Part shown: piece after piece, positions 25,929 through 38,799 of the stretch
Numbering within the stretch: the first letter of the stretch is position 1
How the letters are laid out: every line of letters starts with the position of its first letter
Origin: Octopus bimaculoides
Lineage: Eukaryota
Assembly: GCF_001194135.2 (NCBI RefSeq)
Contig: NC_068981.1
Location: 9,956,744 to 10,020,743, forward strand
DNA: 64,000 nt
Reading direction: 5' to 3'
Position numbers and translations under genes: made by a program
The notes under the pieces: model-generated
Database searches by the model: none
What the model was told of the DNA's origin: nothing
The model's input: the letters and a program-made list of their open reading frames with translations, nothing else

Positions 25929-26620
25929 TACGAGATGCGTCTAAAGAAAAACTGAACTTTAAAAATATTATTTACAATTCAACCAGACATTTCTTGGAAA
26001 TAGTTCTCACCTTTAGCGACATAGCACTTCCAGCATCTTGGAACGCACCATGGAACACGTTTCCATGAGTGGTCCGGAGTTCATTTAGCGAGTTTTCTTC
26101 GATAACCGCTTCATCCTCCATCGGTGACCCTTCAGGGAAGACTTCAACCACAGGAACGAAAATTGTAAGGAAGGGCAAAATATGGATATTATGGCAACTT
26201 CGGGATGGATGAGAATTGCTTGGTTCTTTTTTTTTTATGATAAAGATACTGATATAGAGTTACACAATCGTCTTAGTAGAGCATCCAGGTTTATGTATAA
26301 TGTCCATGACTCGCATCTCCTCCTACTCGCTGCGCCTCTCAAAAGTCATACCTTCATTCACCATTTGTTTGTTCCATAAAATCGTCTAACGTGGAATAAA
26401 CCCATTATGAACTAAAATCTTCCAATCGAAACAGACGATCAACCTTCATACTTGAATGTCTCTAAGGTGCTTCTTCAGGTTGCAATGAAGATGGTCCAGT
26501 CTGTTGCTATGACTACTTTTGTGTTTCAACACCTTAGTCGAACACCGTGTTTCATTTCCATTTACCTTTTTGAGAAATGTTTCATTAATATCCCTACGTT
26601 TAATCTATATTTCTGAAATA
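25929..26620 (-). pseudogene. Mariner (Tc1/mariner) transposase catalytic-domain relic with right TIR
   Basis: Frameshifted FLKKVNGNETR (GDETW), RLIVCFDWKILVHNGFIP (MLIVFFD.KGIVHHEF.P), LP*YPYFALPYNF (PYSPDLAP.DF), EENSLNELR...FHGAFQD and KGENYFQ; TIR-like ta|cgagatgcgtctaaagaaaaactgaac at 25929-25957. Confidence 0.75.
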
Positions 26621-28087
26621 CGACTTTGACAAGAGAAAATATAGGACGGCATCAAGCTAATGTCTTTCGCTTAGATATGTGGAGGGAAGTTTTAAAATAA
26701 CCTAGCTGTCTAATGTAGCTCTCTTGTAACGGTAATCGATGGGCTGAGTGTGATAATGAAGATGAACTTTTTGGTCCTCAAACGATTGATGTTACACTGT
26801 GTCCTCTTTATCGTAACCGCAAAGTTTTCAGTGTGACACATACACACGCTCGCGCGCACATGCATACATACGTACATGCTTACATACATACAGAGAGGGA
26901 AATGTATGTGTGTGCGAGCTTTAGTTTTAACAAAAGCTCTCTATATACATGCATAATTATGATATCAATTAATGAATACCAATAAGACAATTTATTGGAG
27001 GCTTTGAAAGAAATTTGAGGAGAAGGTAATAAAAGAAGTGATAAAAGAATTAACGGCAATAAAAAGGTAGTAAATGAGATAACAATAAAGGCGCTAATAC
27101 CAGAGAATAAAATGAGATGGTCATTAAAATTCGATAAAAATATCAGCATGATGAAATCATTAGACAAGATGCATATCAATCCAGAATTTAAAGAGATCGA
27201 GATCATCTTGTGCAGAAAAAAAAAGCTAAAATGTAAGAGTTTATTTGCAATTTAGCGTGGCCTAGTGGTTAGGGTATTGCACTCACGATCGCTTGATCAT
27301 TGGTACGATTCCCGAACCGAACGGCACATTGTGTTCTTGAGCAAAACACTTCATTCGAGTTCCTCCAGTTTACTCAGCTGTAAAGGGATAACCGTGCGTT
27401 GGACAAGCTTTCGATGAGGGAGAATTTTGCTCGCCTAGCCAGCGAAGCATTGTGACCAGCAATGGTTTGGTCAATCATGCGATTACGCTATTATACAGGG
27501 AAATTATTTGTCAATGGAATTTGCAGTATGTCTATGAAGTAGGCAAGAAATAAGGATGCGATTCACTAAATTTGGTAAAGCTAATTCTATGGCAAAGAGA
27601 ATGAAACATCTGAAAACTGCCCATGTGAAACATAGAAGCAAGTGGTCAGGCTGGGAACAGTCCACCTATAATCGCCCAAATGTGTCAGTAGCACTCCACT
27701 TTCAAGTGGCTTTAGCTCTCGTACAAATACAATTCAGCTTAAGGTGTTAGAAACCGTTTTTGGAACAGTAGAATGGCCTCATGTTTCTTGCCACTACTTT
27801 GACTGTCGACGTGATATAAGAGTCATGCCAAGAATTAGGTGTGAATTTTAAATCGAAGCTCTATTCAAGCCAATTTCTAATACGCACTTTAACAGCTTTC
27901 ATTCTCTGTGAGAGTTTCATAACGACAAGCATATTCAATTTTTAAAAAAGATTTTGATCCAAGCAATACTACAAAAGAAATGTTTTAATAATACCACACA
28001 CATATGCGTGTATTTGTGTATGTATGCATGCATATATGCATGTATGTATGTATTATGTATATATGTACGTATGTATATATGTATGTA

Positions 28088-28400
28088 TAAAGGCACGGAC
28101 ATGGCTGTTTGGTTAAGAAGCTCAATTTAAAACCACGTGGTTTCGAGTTTAGTCGCCCTTGTGCAAGTGTCTTCTACTATGGCCCCGGACCGATTGATGT
28201 TTTGTGAATAAATTTGGTTGACGGAATCTGTATGTATATGTGCGTTTGTGTTTGAGTTTGTCAACAAATGATTCGTTTAGGCTCCCGTAAGTCACTAGTT
28301 CGACAAAAGTGACCGCGTTATCGATTTGTTCGACTAAAACGCCCTAGAACGACACAGCATGGCCGCAGTCTAATGACTGAAATAAGTAAAAGATAATACA
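28088..28400 (+). mobile_element. SINE family C copy
   Basis: Head ggcacggacatggctgtttggttaagaagc; tail ttgttcgactaaaac...cagcatggccgcagtctaatgactgaaataagtaaaagataa. Confidence 0.85.
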
Positions 28401-29187
28401 TAATGCAACGCCTTGAGATTGTGGATAATATGTAATTCTAAATGTTTTCATTGACGGAATTATTAATCTATAAAGTAAGATACAATTGCAAACAAACCAC
28501 AAACATTTAATAATATTCTTCTAAAACTTTGTAATGGAGTCAAATTTTAAAATACCAGGAATATACTGCAGCATTCCAGTCCCGGTAAGCCACCAGTTCT
28601 AACAACAAATGTCCATCTAATATTCTGAAGTAATTGATAACTGTTTACATTAAACAACTCCTTCTTACCAAATTTCGAGCGTAATTCTTACAAAAACTTG
28701 TGTTAAGCCAACGCCATTGCTAAATTTCATATTTTCCGTATGATATTTTATTCTATGAATATCGAAGCTTTGAAAATTCTAGTCCCACCTTCAGTGTGAC
28801 AAAATCTTTATCAATCTAATATATACATTGGTCTATATTGTGTAATATTATGATAAATTCTGACGAAATTGTGTATTCAATGAATAAAAATATTCGATAG
28901 AATCAATATAATTATAGATTCGAATGAATAATACATGAATGTTCTGAGATCGATATTGAAAACTTATATATAAACTCAGTTTTGGATTTATTGCTAAGAT
29001 GTTGGCTTCACAACTAAGTGGTTTCGGGTTCAGTGCCATTGCGTAATACCTTAGACAAGTTTCTTCTACAATAGCCTAGGGATGACTAATACATGGGGAG
29101 AGAATTTTGGTACACAGAAAGAAATCGTGTGGAGGCCTGTCGCATGTGTGTGTGCGTGTGTATGTGCGTGCGTGTGTATGTGCGTGC

Positions 29188-29251
<64 letters not shown>

Positions 29252-29254
<3 letters not shown>

Positions 29255-29700
29255 TTGCAAACAACTCGCACATGCAAGTGCTACCAGTCGAGAACTTCGC
29301 ATACCGGAAGCCACCAAGTGTATGGGGTCATCAGGAGAAAATGCGCGCCGTTTCGGGGCCTACCTCTCGACGGCATCAATGTGCACCGGCCCCCTCACTG
29401 ATATGAGTCCTCGCCTGCTAGATCAACTGGTTATTAAATAAAGCTCAATATTTCTCTAGCCATCGCCTCTTTTTAACCAAATCCAGTGGCTAGCCTTCTC
29501 CACTGTAGTTTGGATATCACACATGGTGGTCTTTACCTTACGATGAGTTAGGCCCAACGATAACAGCAGTCGTCTCACACTGTGTCCTACAAACCCTCTG
29601 CATTCAACTTCGGTTGGAAAATGCTCCGCTTTCCAGCCTGCGTCTTAACTTTTCTCGAGGAGGTTTACATAACGGTCTATCTTTCGAGCCCGCGCGGCGT

Positions 29701-29702
<2 letters not shown>
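29252..29702 (-). mobile_element. 5'-truncated HERO-like RLE non-LTR retrotransposon (C-terminus plus 3' UTR)
   Basis: DAARARKIDRYVNLLEKS*DAGWKAEHFPTEVECRGFVGHSVRRLLLSLGL...TVEKASHWIWLKRGDG* resembles the HERO-type P.EVGCRGF...AEKAS.WIWLKR terminus; stop at 29456-29458. Confidence 0.7.
29320..29375 (-). ncRNA. Candidate non-circularly permuted hammerhead ribozyme in the HERO 3' UTR
   Basis: UGCCGU-C-GAGAGG ... GAA-ACGGCG ... UUUCUC-CUGAUGA: GUC triplet at 29371-29369, GAAA at 29354-29351, CUGAUGA at 29334-29328. Stems III and I each have 6 pairs abutting the core; stem II is irregular. Confidence 0.55.
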
Positions 29703-29737
<35 letters not shown>

Positions 29738-30068
29738 GCGTGTGAGTGTGTGTCATTTTGAGTTGGTCTGACACCGATAAAATAAGCACTAGATTTAAAC
29801 TGATAATGTTGCGCGGTTTAATCAACTGAAACCATTCAAGAAAGTGTTCCAACCTCGCTAAATTTAATGATTGAAGCAAATAGGTGTAAAAGAATAAAGG
29901 GTCTACTTAGTAAGTTGTTGCTTAGCTTTGTCTAATAGATCAATGGTCAAAGTGTTGCAACCGCTCATAGGCTATCTCTGTGTGTAATTGGATGGGCGTG
30001 ATCGGAGTGATTTGGAGTGACAGTGTTTTGACCCCCAGTGACATATATAAGATATAAGTAGGAGCCAT

Positions 30069-30447
30069 GATGTTGTTGGCACTCCGTCGCTTACGACGTC
30101 GAGGGTTCCAGTTGATCCGATCAACGGAACAGCCTGCTCGTGAAATTAACGTGCAAGTGGCAGAGCACTCCACAGACACGTGCACTCTTAACGTAGTTCT
30201 CGGGGATATTCAGCGTGACAAGGCTGACCCTTTGAAATACAGTCACAACAGTAATAGGAAGAAAGAGTGAGAGAAAGTTGTGGTGAAAGAGTACAGCAGG
30301 GTTCGCCACCATCCCCTGCCGGAGCCTCGTGGAGCTTTAGGTGTTTTTGCTCAATAAACACTCACAACACCCGGTCTGGGAATCGAAACCACGATCCTAT
30401 GACCGCGAGTCCGCTGCCCTAACCACTGGGCCATTGCGCCTCCACCA
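30069..30447 (-). mobile_element. Full-length SINE family B copy with 10-bp TSD
   Basis: TSD taggagccat at 30059-30068 and 30448-30457; tRNA head ggcgcaatggcccagtggttagggcagcgg...gtttcgattcc on the minus strand. Confidence 0.92.
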
Positions 30448-31379
30448 TAGGAGCCATATAAGTCAACTAATTCACTTTTCTACTCTTTAAACAAAACTAC
30501 GTTTGCTCAACAGAAATATTACAAACCTAAATAGAACTGGTAAAGAAACCATAACAAGTGAGTATTACGTGGTCTCATGTACCAAGTTTCCATTAAATGT
30601 TTTAAGCGCATGTTTAGTCACGTGCACATACGGTCACACTCTCGGCCCTCCTCCACGTTGACAAACGGAACATCAGAGGATATGAAAACTAGAGTCAGAT
30701 AGGGTTGGTAATTTAATTTCAGTTCTGTTGGCTGAAACAACGAGTCTTTCTCAAGTACACAGCACACCACCCGCTCTGAATCTACAACAATCTGAAACTA
30801 CTCAGCAATCGCAACGTTGCGTCGTGTTGATAATACTTTAAGTTTGACCTTTCGCTACCTTTTTTAAATAAGTAAATGACTCTTTTAAAATCAATTAACC
30901 GTTTTGCACTTTTCACAATTTATCTTGCTCTTAGATAATCCCCAACTCATACAGTTAATCCATGATATGGCAATTTTAAAGTTTTCTAACGTTGTATTTT
31001 ATAAAACATTTTCAATTGGTAGATGATAATCGAAAAAGTTCATTGCGTATTGATCGTTTGCCGTCAATTTTGATGTCTCAAATTTGTCACTACATTTTTC
31101 ACCAAGCTGCCTTTGTGAATTGAAGGAAAAATCAATACAAGTTTGAAATTTTAATTTTATTTTCATCTATATTATTTTTATATTTGTTATGGGGGAGTGT
31201 GTGTGCACCTTTGTACTGTGCGTGCATATCTAATTCGGAACTATACTCACTAATGGAAATGGAAACACTAGATTTCGAAACTTTATGTCGAAGAACATTT
31301 TTTAAAAACCTTTTGATGATTGAATATATTAATACATATTCGTGCATGCTAAATGTCAAGAGAGTAGCCTACTAAACAC

Positions 31380-31473
31380 ATATGATATTATATATATATA
31401 TATATATATATGCGCATTTATATACATATATATGCAGAAGCATATACCTATAGTATTCATATATGTATATACC

Positions 31474-31505
<32 letters not shown>

Positions 31506-31602
31506 CGCACATATATGTACACATATATGCATACGCAAATAATGCATGCATATATGTATGCATGTATATATATGTATGTATATATATATACATATATATA
31601 TA

Positions 31603-31635
<33 letters not shown>

Positions 31636-31680
31636 ATGTACACACATATGTAGGCATACATGTATGTGCGTGTATGTAGT
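31380..31680. repeat. Compound (TA)n/(TG)n/(TATG)n microsatellite
   Basis: Direct reading of the sequence. Confidence 0.95.
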
Positions 31681-32816
31681 TTGGCTGTTGTTCTTTGCTC
31701 TCGTGTCATTCAGGTTTTAACTTATTCACGATAGTGTGTAATAAGTTCACCTCGCTGCTTCTCTTTCTAGTATTTTAATGAATTCCACCTGAAAACGTTA
31801 CATACATACATACATACATATACATGCAACAATACACATTTTATAAGCCTGTGCATGCATGCATGCGTGCATGTATGTATGTATGCGACTATATCTGTAT
31901 AACAAATCTGTTTAATTCATCGACTACGCATTTTAATAAATAGTCGTGTGGAAGAGATATTTCCTTAAACAAAATGATTTTCACCCGCTTTACTGCAATC
32001 ATTTTTACTTTGACTACTGGAAAGAGGGAACTTAACTAATAGTAGCAGTTGTAATATCAATGATAGCAGCAGCAAGTGAAGCAGAAGTAACAGTTCAAGC
32101 TGCAAAGGTATTAATAATCAACGGCTCTGTTAACAATACTGCTGTATATATTTCCTCCTAAACCACTAATGAGTTTCTGCTACGGCTTCAAAGTTGTCTG
32201 CGTTACAAAGTTTGAAGGATACAATATACTTTTAATACATATTCCACAATGCCTGTATTGATGTGTACTATATTAAATGGATTAATGCTGTGTCTGTGAT
32301 AATCTATCTAAAAATGTACAGAAATCGAGATTTAAAAATGGATAAAACAGCAGGACTATTTCCCGGCGGATGAATAATAATCAGAATCATAAGTTTGAAT
32401 TATCTGATGAGGAGAGGACTACCGCAAACCCAAACAGCAAAAAAAAGTACTTTTCTAAATAGATCGTGCATATATTTTTCTACATTTATTGAAAAAAAAA
32501 ATTGCTTCCATCCATATATATTCTTTTTTATAACTGTTCAATAACTAACTTTCGTCATTTATTTCTTTGCCTTTAGATTTTATGAATTTTTGTAGAACTT
32601 CAGTACTTTAAATATATTGTAAAAAAAGAAGTTTCTATCTCCCTCTCTCTCTCTCTCTCTGTTTGTCTATCTGTCTGTCTTTATATAGACATATCTTTGT
32701 ATTGTTTCTATATAAATAAATGTTTTGGTGTTTAACGATTTTTTAGTAGAGCACCTACACTTATAAACGAATACACACCCACATACGCGGATATATTACA
32801 TAGGTGCGCACACGCG

Positions 32817-32859
<43 letters not shown>

Positions 32860-34949
32860 NNNNNNNNNNNNNNNNNNNNNNNNNNNNNNNNNNNNNNNNN
32901 NNNNNNNNNNNNNNNNNNNNNNNNNNNNNNNNNNNNNNNNNNNNNNNNNNNNNNNNNNNNNNNNNNNNNNNNNNNNNNNNNNNNNNNNNNNNNNNNNNNN
33001 NNNNNNNNNNNNNNNNNNNNNNNNNNNNNNNNNNNNNNNNNNNNNNNNNNNNNNNNNNNNNNNNNNNNNGAGAAAAAAAAGAAAGAAAACAAAAAAGATA
33101 AAGAGAGGGAGGAGGAGAAAGAGAAAACAAAAAAGAAATATTCATTTATTCTCAAGTAAAATATCACCGAATTTGGGAATTTTATGGAAGTAAGAGGAGA
33201 AGCATTTTATATATGAGATAAAACATCAAAATTAAAAAAAAAAACAATGAAAATTAAAATGAAGGTCAAAGACAAACTGTTGGAATACTTGTATCAACAT
33301 CATTAAAAGGTAGGAAGATATACATTTTGTTTTGTATTCCTACATATTTATATATATTTTATCGTATAGCGCTACGGTTGTTGTGTTTTTATTGTATTTT
33401 ATTTTAATTTGTTTTATTTCTTTTGTTTTTATTGGCAATTACTATAAATATTGATTTTACTACAAATGCATTATGGTGGGATGGGGTATATATTAAGCTG
33501 TTGTAAACCTTAGCAGATATTCCTAATAGGATTATAAAAAGGTTGTATATGATATACAACAAGAATATATACATACGTGCATACATGCATACATATATAT
33601 ATCTATTCATTGTGTGCCTCTTCGTATGAGCAAAGTCGTCTTTCCGAAAGTAAACAGTACTCAGCATAATTCCCCAAGAAGTAGAACGTGTTTTATTGTT
33701 TGCGACTAGATTGTAATTAATCCTATATCGATCTTAGATTATCTTGATTAGTTGTGAACGAGATCACTTAAGATTGAAACAGCGTAAACTCTAAAAATTA
33801 TTCAACAATACATAAACACACACACTATATATATTCATATACATACTGCGTGTATGTATGCACGCACAGAGCTGTCACCCGCTTAGGAGTATGATCTGAT
33901 AACTTCTACCGCGTACCACGCTTTGGCTAATTGTTTTCCGATGCCTACGCAGTCTCGAGCAAATATAGACACACTATCGCCCCCCCCCCAGCTTTAACTC
34001 AGCAGACCATCGAAGGTATTACAGTTGGGGAAGAAAAAGGGTTGTACTATTACTAAGTTGGTGATTAATTTTAGCTAAGTTGACTAGACCAACATGAAAT
34101 GATGTGCCTCAACCAAAGTCCACAATGCCTTATTCAGTCCAGGAATCGAACCCTTCTACCTTATGATCATGAGCCCAACATTCTTGCCACGAGCCAGTTT
34201 GTATTCTGTTAAATAGATTTTCGAATATAAAACCTGGTTATTCAATATCAGGATCAGGGTTCTAAAGTATAAACGCTTTTTTCTTGCGGAATTTGATATT
34301 GAAATGCTTAAAAGTTCACAACTTAATTGAAGAACTCGCACATTAACAATGTCGCATGTGAAACCACTTTCTTTTCAATACGTAAGTGGCTGAGTTCAAA
34401 TACAAAAGGAATCGCCAAAAAACAAAAAAGTGTGGTTTCTTTACACATATAACGTTTGTGAATATACCTCACACTATACATACTCTACTGCTACTCTCAT
34501 TAATTAAGAATAATAGCAATAATGACGAGCCGATGTAATATTTGTTTAAAAAAACATACACCGTATATATTAATTCGATACATGTCAACAGAGAGTTGGA
34601 TATATATTTACAGAACAAATATTTATAGAGTATAATATTTGATAAATTGTATTTCTGTATTTCCCAAAATGGGATTTCGAATCCGTTCGCGGATTTGAGA
34701 TTGAAAGTAAATAAGGATCGTTTCCTTGGAGAAATCAATATTAACTATATTTCAAAGTTCACAGATTAATCAAAACGAACTCGTTAGGTATGTTGCATGT
34801 CCTAAACAGATTTTTTTTTTATCAACTTATGCATCACTGAAGTCGCAAAAAGTATGCAGTTTCTTCACACACGTGAAAACGTACATACATATCACATTAT
34901 GCATATAAAATCAATAACCATAAATATTAACAATGTCGTTCTTAAGGCA

Positions 34950-35850
34950 ACGAGCTGACAGAATTGCTTTTGCGTCGAAGAAAGTGCTTAGCGACATATC
35001 TTCTAGCTCTTTACGTTCCGAGTTNNNNNNNNNNAATCCCGATGCGGTTAACTTTGGCATTTAATTTTTTTTTTTTTTTTTGGTTCGAAAAAATAAAGTG
35101 CCATTTAAATATGGAAGTCGGTGCTATCTACATCCACCTCCCATCAGAAATTGCTAACTTTGTGCCAAAATTAAAAATATTTATTTCTATTCCTCATCGG
35201 TGGTGGGGGATTAGAAGATTCATTAGAGCATCGAATAAAATGTCTTGAATTACAGGGAGAGGAACGGTCGATTATATTAACTCTAGTACTTGAGTGACGC
35301 TTTATTCCCCTGTGGGGATGAAAGACATTTGTTCTTGACAGGATTTGAACTCAAGACGTAAAGATCCGCTACAAATACCTCACGGGTTTTTTTTTCTCGA
35401 CGCCCCAAAGGTTTTGCAAATCCCTCCAAGACGGTAATAATGGTTTCAAATTTTGGCACGAGGCCAACAATTTTTAAGGGTGGGGAAAAGTCGATTACAT
35501 CGACCCCAGTGTTTGACTAGTACATATTTCATCGGTACCGAAAGGATACAACACAGAGTCGACCTCGGCGGAATTTGAACTCAAAATATACTAACTATTC
35601 TGCCAACGCGACGCCTTGGTGACGATAAAGGATTCAAATTTTGGCACAGAACCAGCGCCTTAATAATTTTGGGGGCGGGGATGAGTCGATTACATCGAAC
35701 CCCGTGTTCAACTGGTACTTATTTTATCGATCCCGAAAGGATGAACGGTAAAGTCAACCTCGAAGGAATTTGAAATCAGAACATCAAGGCGGACGAAATG
35801 CCGCTAAGCATTTTGCCCGGCGTGCTAACGATTCTGTCAGCTCGCTGCCT
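34950..35850. mobile_element. Cluster of SINE family A copies (one plus, then about 3 tandem minus copies)
   Basis: Repeated ggtttcaaattttggcac...gtcgattacatcgacccc...ggaatttgaactc blocks. Confidence 0.8.
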
Positions 35851-36333
35851 CAATAATAGTAGTAATAATAATAATTTCTGATATAAGCATTAGACCAAAC
35901 ATTTTGGAGGAAGGTTGGGGGGCTCATTATTATGATCTTACCTCACTGGCATTTTATTTTATCGACCATTGAATGATAAACTGTAAAACAGACCTCGGTG
36001 AGATTTGGGCTGAGAACTTAGAACATGCTCAAGGCATTGTGTATCACGCTGTCATCATTCTGCCGTTTACACCAACCTCGACGATAACAGCACTAGTGAA
36101 GAGGTGACATATTTATTTAAAGCTGGTGCTTCACTACCTGGATTTTCCCACTTCAAAGCGATGACTGATATCCCCTGAGAATCGATACTACAGCGTATCA
36201 ATTGCATATAAACACATAACTATACCCTTAAACATCTCTAGAATATATTTTTTTTCTTTCCTGTGTGCGAAACAAAATTTCGTATGCACAGTAACACACA
36301 CAGATACACACACATATATGTACATATATATGC

Positions 36334-36377
<44 letters not shown>

Positions 36378-36597
36378 GACAGACACAGATTCATGCATAT
36401 CTATGATTGTGAATGTCCTTTTGAAGGTGTATATATTTATGTATCTTTGTAGCGCGTCTTTATTACAGTTGAATTAAAAAATGATTTTTCCTTCATGCTT
36501 ATACAGAGCTTAAGTGCGACATACTTGAAATAAAATTTCTCTTTCTCTCATGTATGCATTTGTATATTTGTGTGTGTGTGTGCGCGCATGCATTTGT

Positions 36598-36634
<37 letters not shown>

Positions 36635-36761
36635 GAGAATATACAAATAATAACAACAGACGAGGACAGGTGGTGTAAATAACANNNNNNNNNNACAGAC
36701 GAGGACAGGTGGTGTAAATAACAAAAGGATATATTAGTATGACGCTCGGGAATACGGAAAG

Positions 36762-36798
36762 TCTTTGACGTTTCGAGCTACGCTCTTCAACAGAAAGA
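36762..36798 (-). ncRNA. Candidate minimal type-I hammerhead-like motif (A6U variant)
   Basis: UCUUU-CUGUUGA-A-GAGC-gua-GCUC-GAA-ACGU-C-AAAGA: 5-bp stem I, 4-bp stem II, palindromic stem III, GUC site. Confidence 0.5.
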
Positions 36799-37284
36799 AT
36801 ATATATAACACCTTAATTTTATCTAATTCATTTTGCCATTATTTGCTTACTCTACCAAGTAATATTGTTCACATATTGACATATTAAACAATGTATATAT
36901 ATATATGTATATATATACATACATACATACATACATAAATATTTTTATCCGTACGTTGATATAATATATATTTACACACATATAGATAAGTACATACACA
37001 CATCCATATATGTATGTCCTTCCGCCATATTTTCTACGTGTTTACCGAATGTTTTTCATACAATTTACTCACACTTGTCTTTATTTTGTAAACCATTTTT
37101 AGATGCCAGACTATATTTCAAATCCTAAAATTCTTTAGATACTCTAAAATTCCTGTTTTTCTTTCATCGGAGAAACAAATCTAAACTACAAGAAGAATTC
37201 TCTTCTCTCTTTATTACGTGCAATTCAATATGTTCACATATTCAATACATTTCGTGGATTTTATATTTGATCATTCGTTGTATA

Positions 37285-37441
37285 TCAAGGTGTGGGGGTA
37301 TGATATGAAGCCTGCTTCCCAGCCACATGGCTCCGGGTTTAATTCTACTGCGTGGCACCTTGAGCAAGTGTATTCTACTATACCTTCGGCCGCCCAAAGC
37401 CTTGTGAGTGAATTTCGTAGACAGAAACAGAAAGCCTGTCG

Positions 37442-37486
<45 letters not shown>

Positions 37487-37793
37487 AATATATGAGTATA
37501 TGCACATATATGTACATGTATGTATATACGTTCATCTACATGTACATATAGATACATAACTGGGTACATGACGTGGCAAAAGAACAAGGACAAANNNNNN
37601 NNNNNNNNNNNNNNNNNNNNNNNNNNNNNNNNNNNNNNNNNNNNNNNNNNNNNNNNNNNNNNNNNNNNNNNNNNNNNNNNNNNNNNNNNNNNNNNNNNNN
37701 NNNNNNNNNNNNNNNNNNNNNNNNNNNNNNNNNNNNNNNNNNNNNNNNNNNNNNNNNNNNNNNNNNNNNNNNNNNNNNNNNNNNNNNNNNNNN

Positions 37794-37832
<39 letters not shown>

Positions 37833-38070
37833 ATGTATATGTATGTATATGTGCGTGTGTGTATGTGTGTTTGTTCCCACCACCGCTGGACAACTATTGT
37901 TGGTGTGTTTACGTTCCTGTAACTTAAAATGTCAGTAAAATCACCGATAGAATAAGTACGACGCTCCCAAAAATATAAATATTGTGATCGTTTCATTCGA
38001 CAAAAGTTCTTCAAGGCGGTGCCCCAGCATGGCCGCATCCTAATAACTGAATCAAGTAAAAGATAAAAGA
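37285..38070 (+). mobile_element. SINE family C copy with expanded internal microsatellite and gap
   Basis: Head at 37285-37440 and tail at 37870-38070 match the other copies. Confidence 0.8.
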
Positions 38071-38799
38071 TGACCATAACTTATTGAATGCTATCAGTTA
38101 GAAAGACTGGTGTATATTTTGCCATGTACTCTTGCTGATGCTATTTAAATGTGTCACCACTAACCGACCAAACGTATGATCGAATCTAATACAGTTATTA
38201 TAGTTGTTTGTATACATATGATACTTCTAGAAACACATTGTTCAATGTATTCTTTTTACGATGAGAACATGTGAATTAGAGGAGATTTTGCCATTATTTC
38301 TAGCAGCTCGGTTCTCCTCATTGACTCGTACTGTTTTCGTATTTTGTTATTCGAATATTAATTAGAATGTCTTCTCTAAACAACATTGTCTTGTAGAAAC
38401 AGACACATTATATTTTCATTACTAAAACTATTATATATTTTCTCAAGCGAGTGGCTAACTATAGCTAAATATATGTTTGCCGTTGAGATATTAGACAATA
38501 TATTTTAATAGCTGAATCAACGTCTTATTTCATATTCCATTATTCTTCATATTGTTCCATTTTGTCATGAATTTTTAGCCATCTTGAAAATGTATTTTCA
38601 ATCTCACTTCGAAGAGGAAGTCTCTGTAGAAATTGAATAGCGATGGATATTTAAAAACAATACCTAGTTGAATATCGAAGCTGTTCTTTTCTCTCTATAC
38701 CCGCCATAATCTCCTTATTTTCCCTTCTATTTACTTTTCTTTGATATTATTTAACCTCATATAAAAATTCTATCGCCATGTCATATCAGTACTGCCTTT

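Larger units (their letters stand above)
28990..29900 (+). mobile_element. SINE family C copy split by a HERO-like insertion in its internal (TA)n
   Basis: Head 28990-29150, microsatellite, insert 29252-29702, microsatellite, decayed tail 29770-29900 (accgataaaataagcactag...aatgattgaagcaaataggtgtaaaagaataaag). Confidence 0.6.

Noticed and set aside
36655-36725. Direct repeat acagacgaggacaggtggtgtaaata flanking a 10-N gap
   Set aside because: Typical false duplication at a contig join
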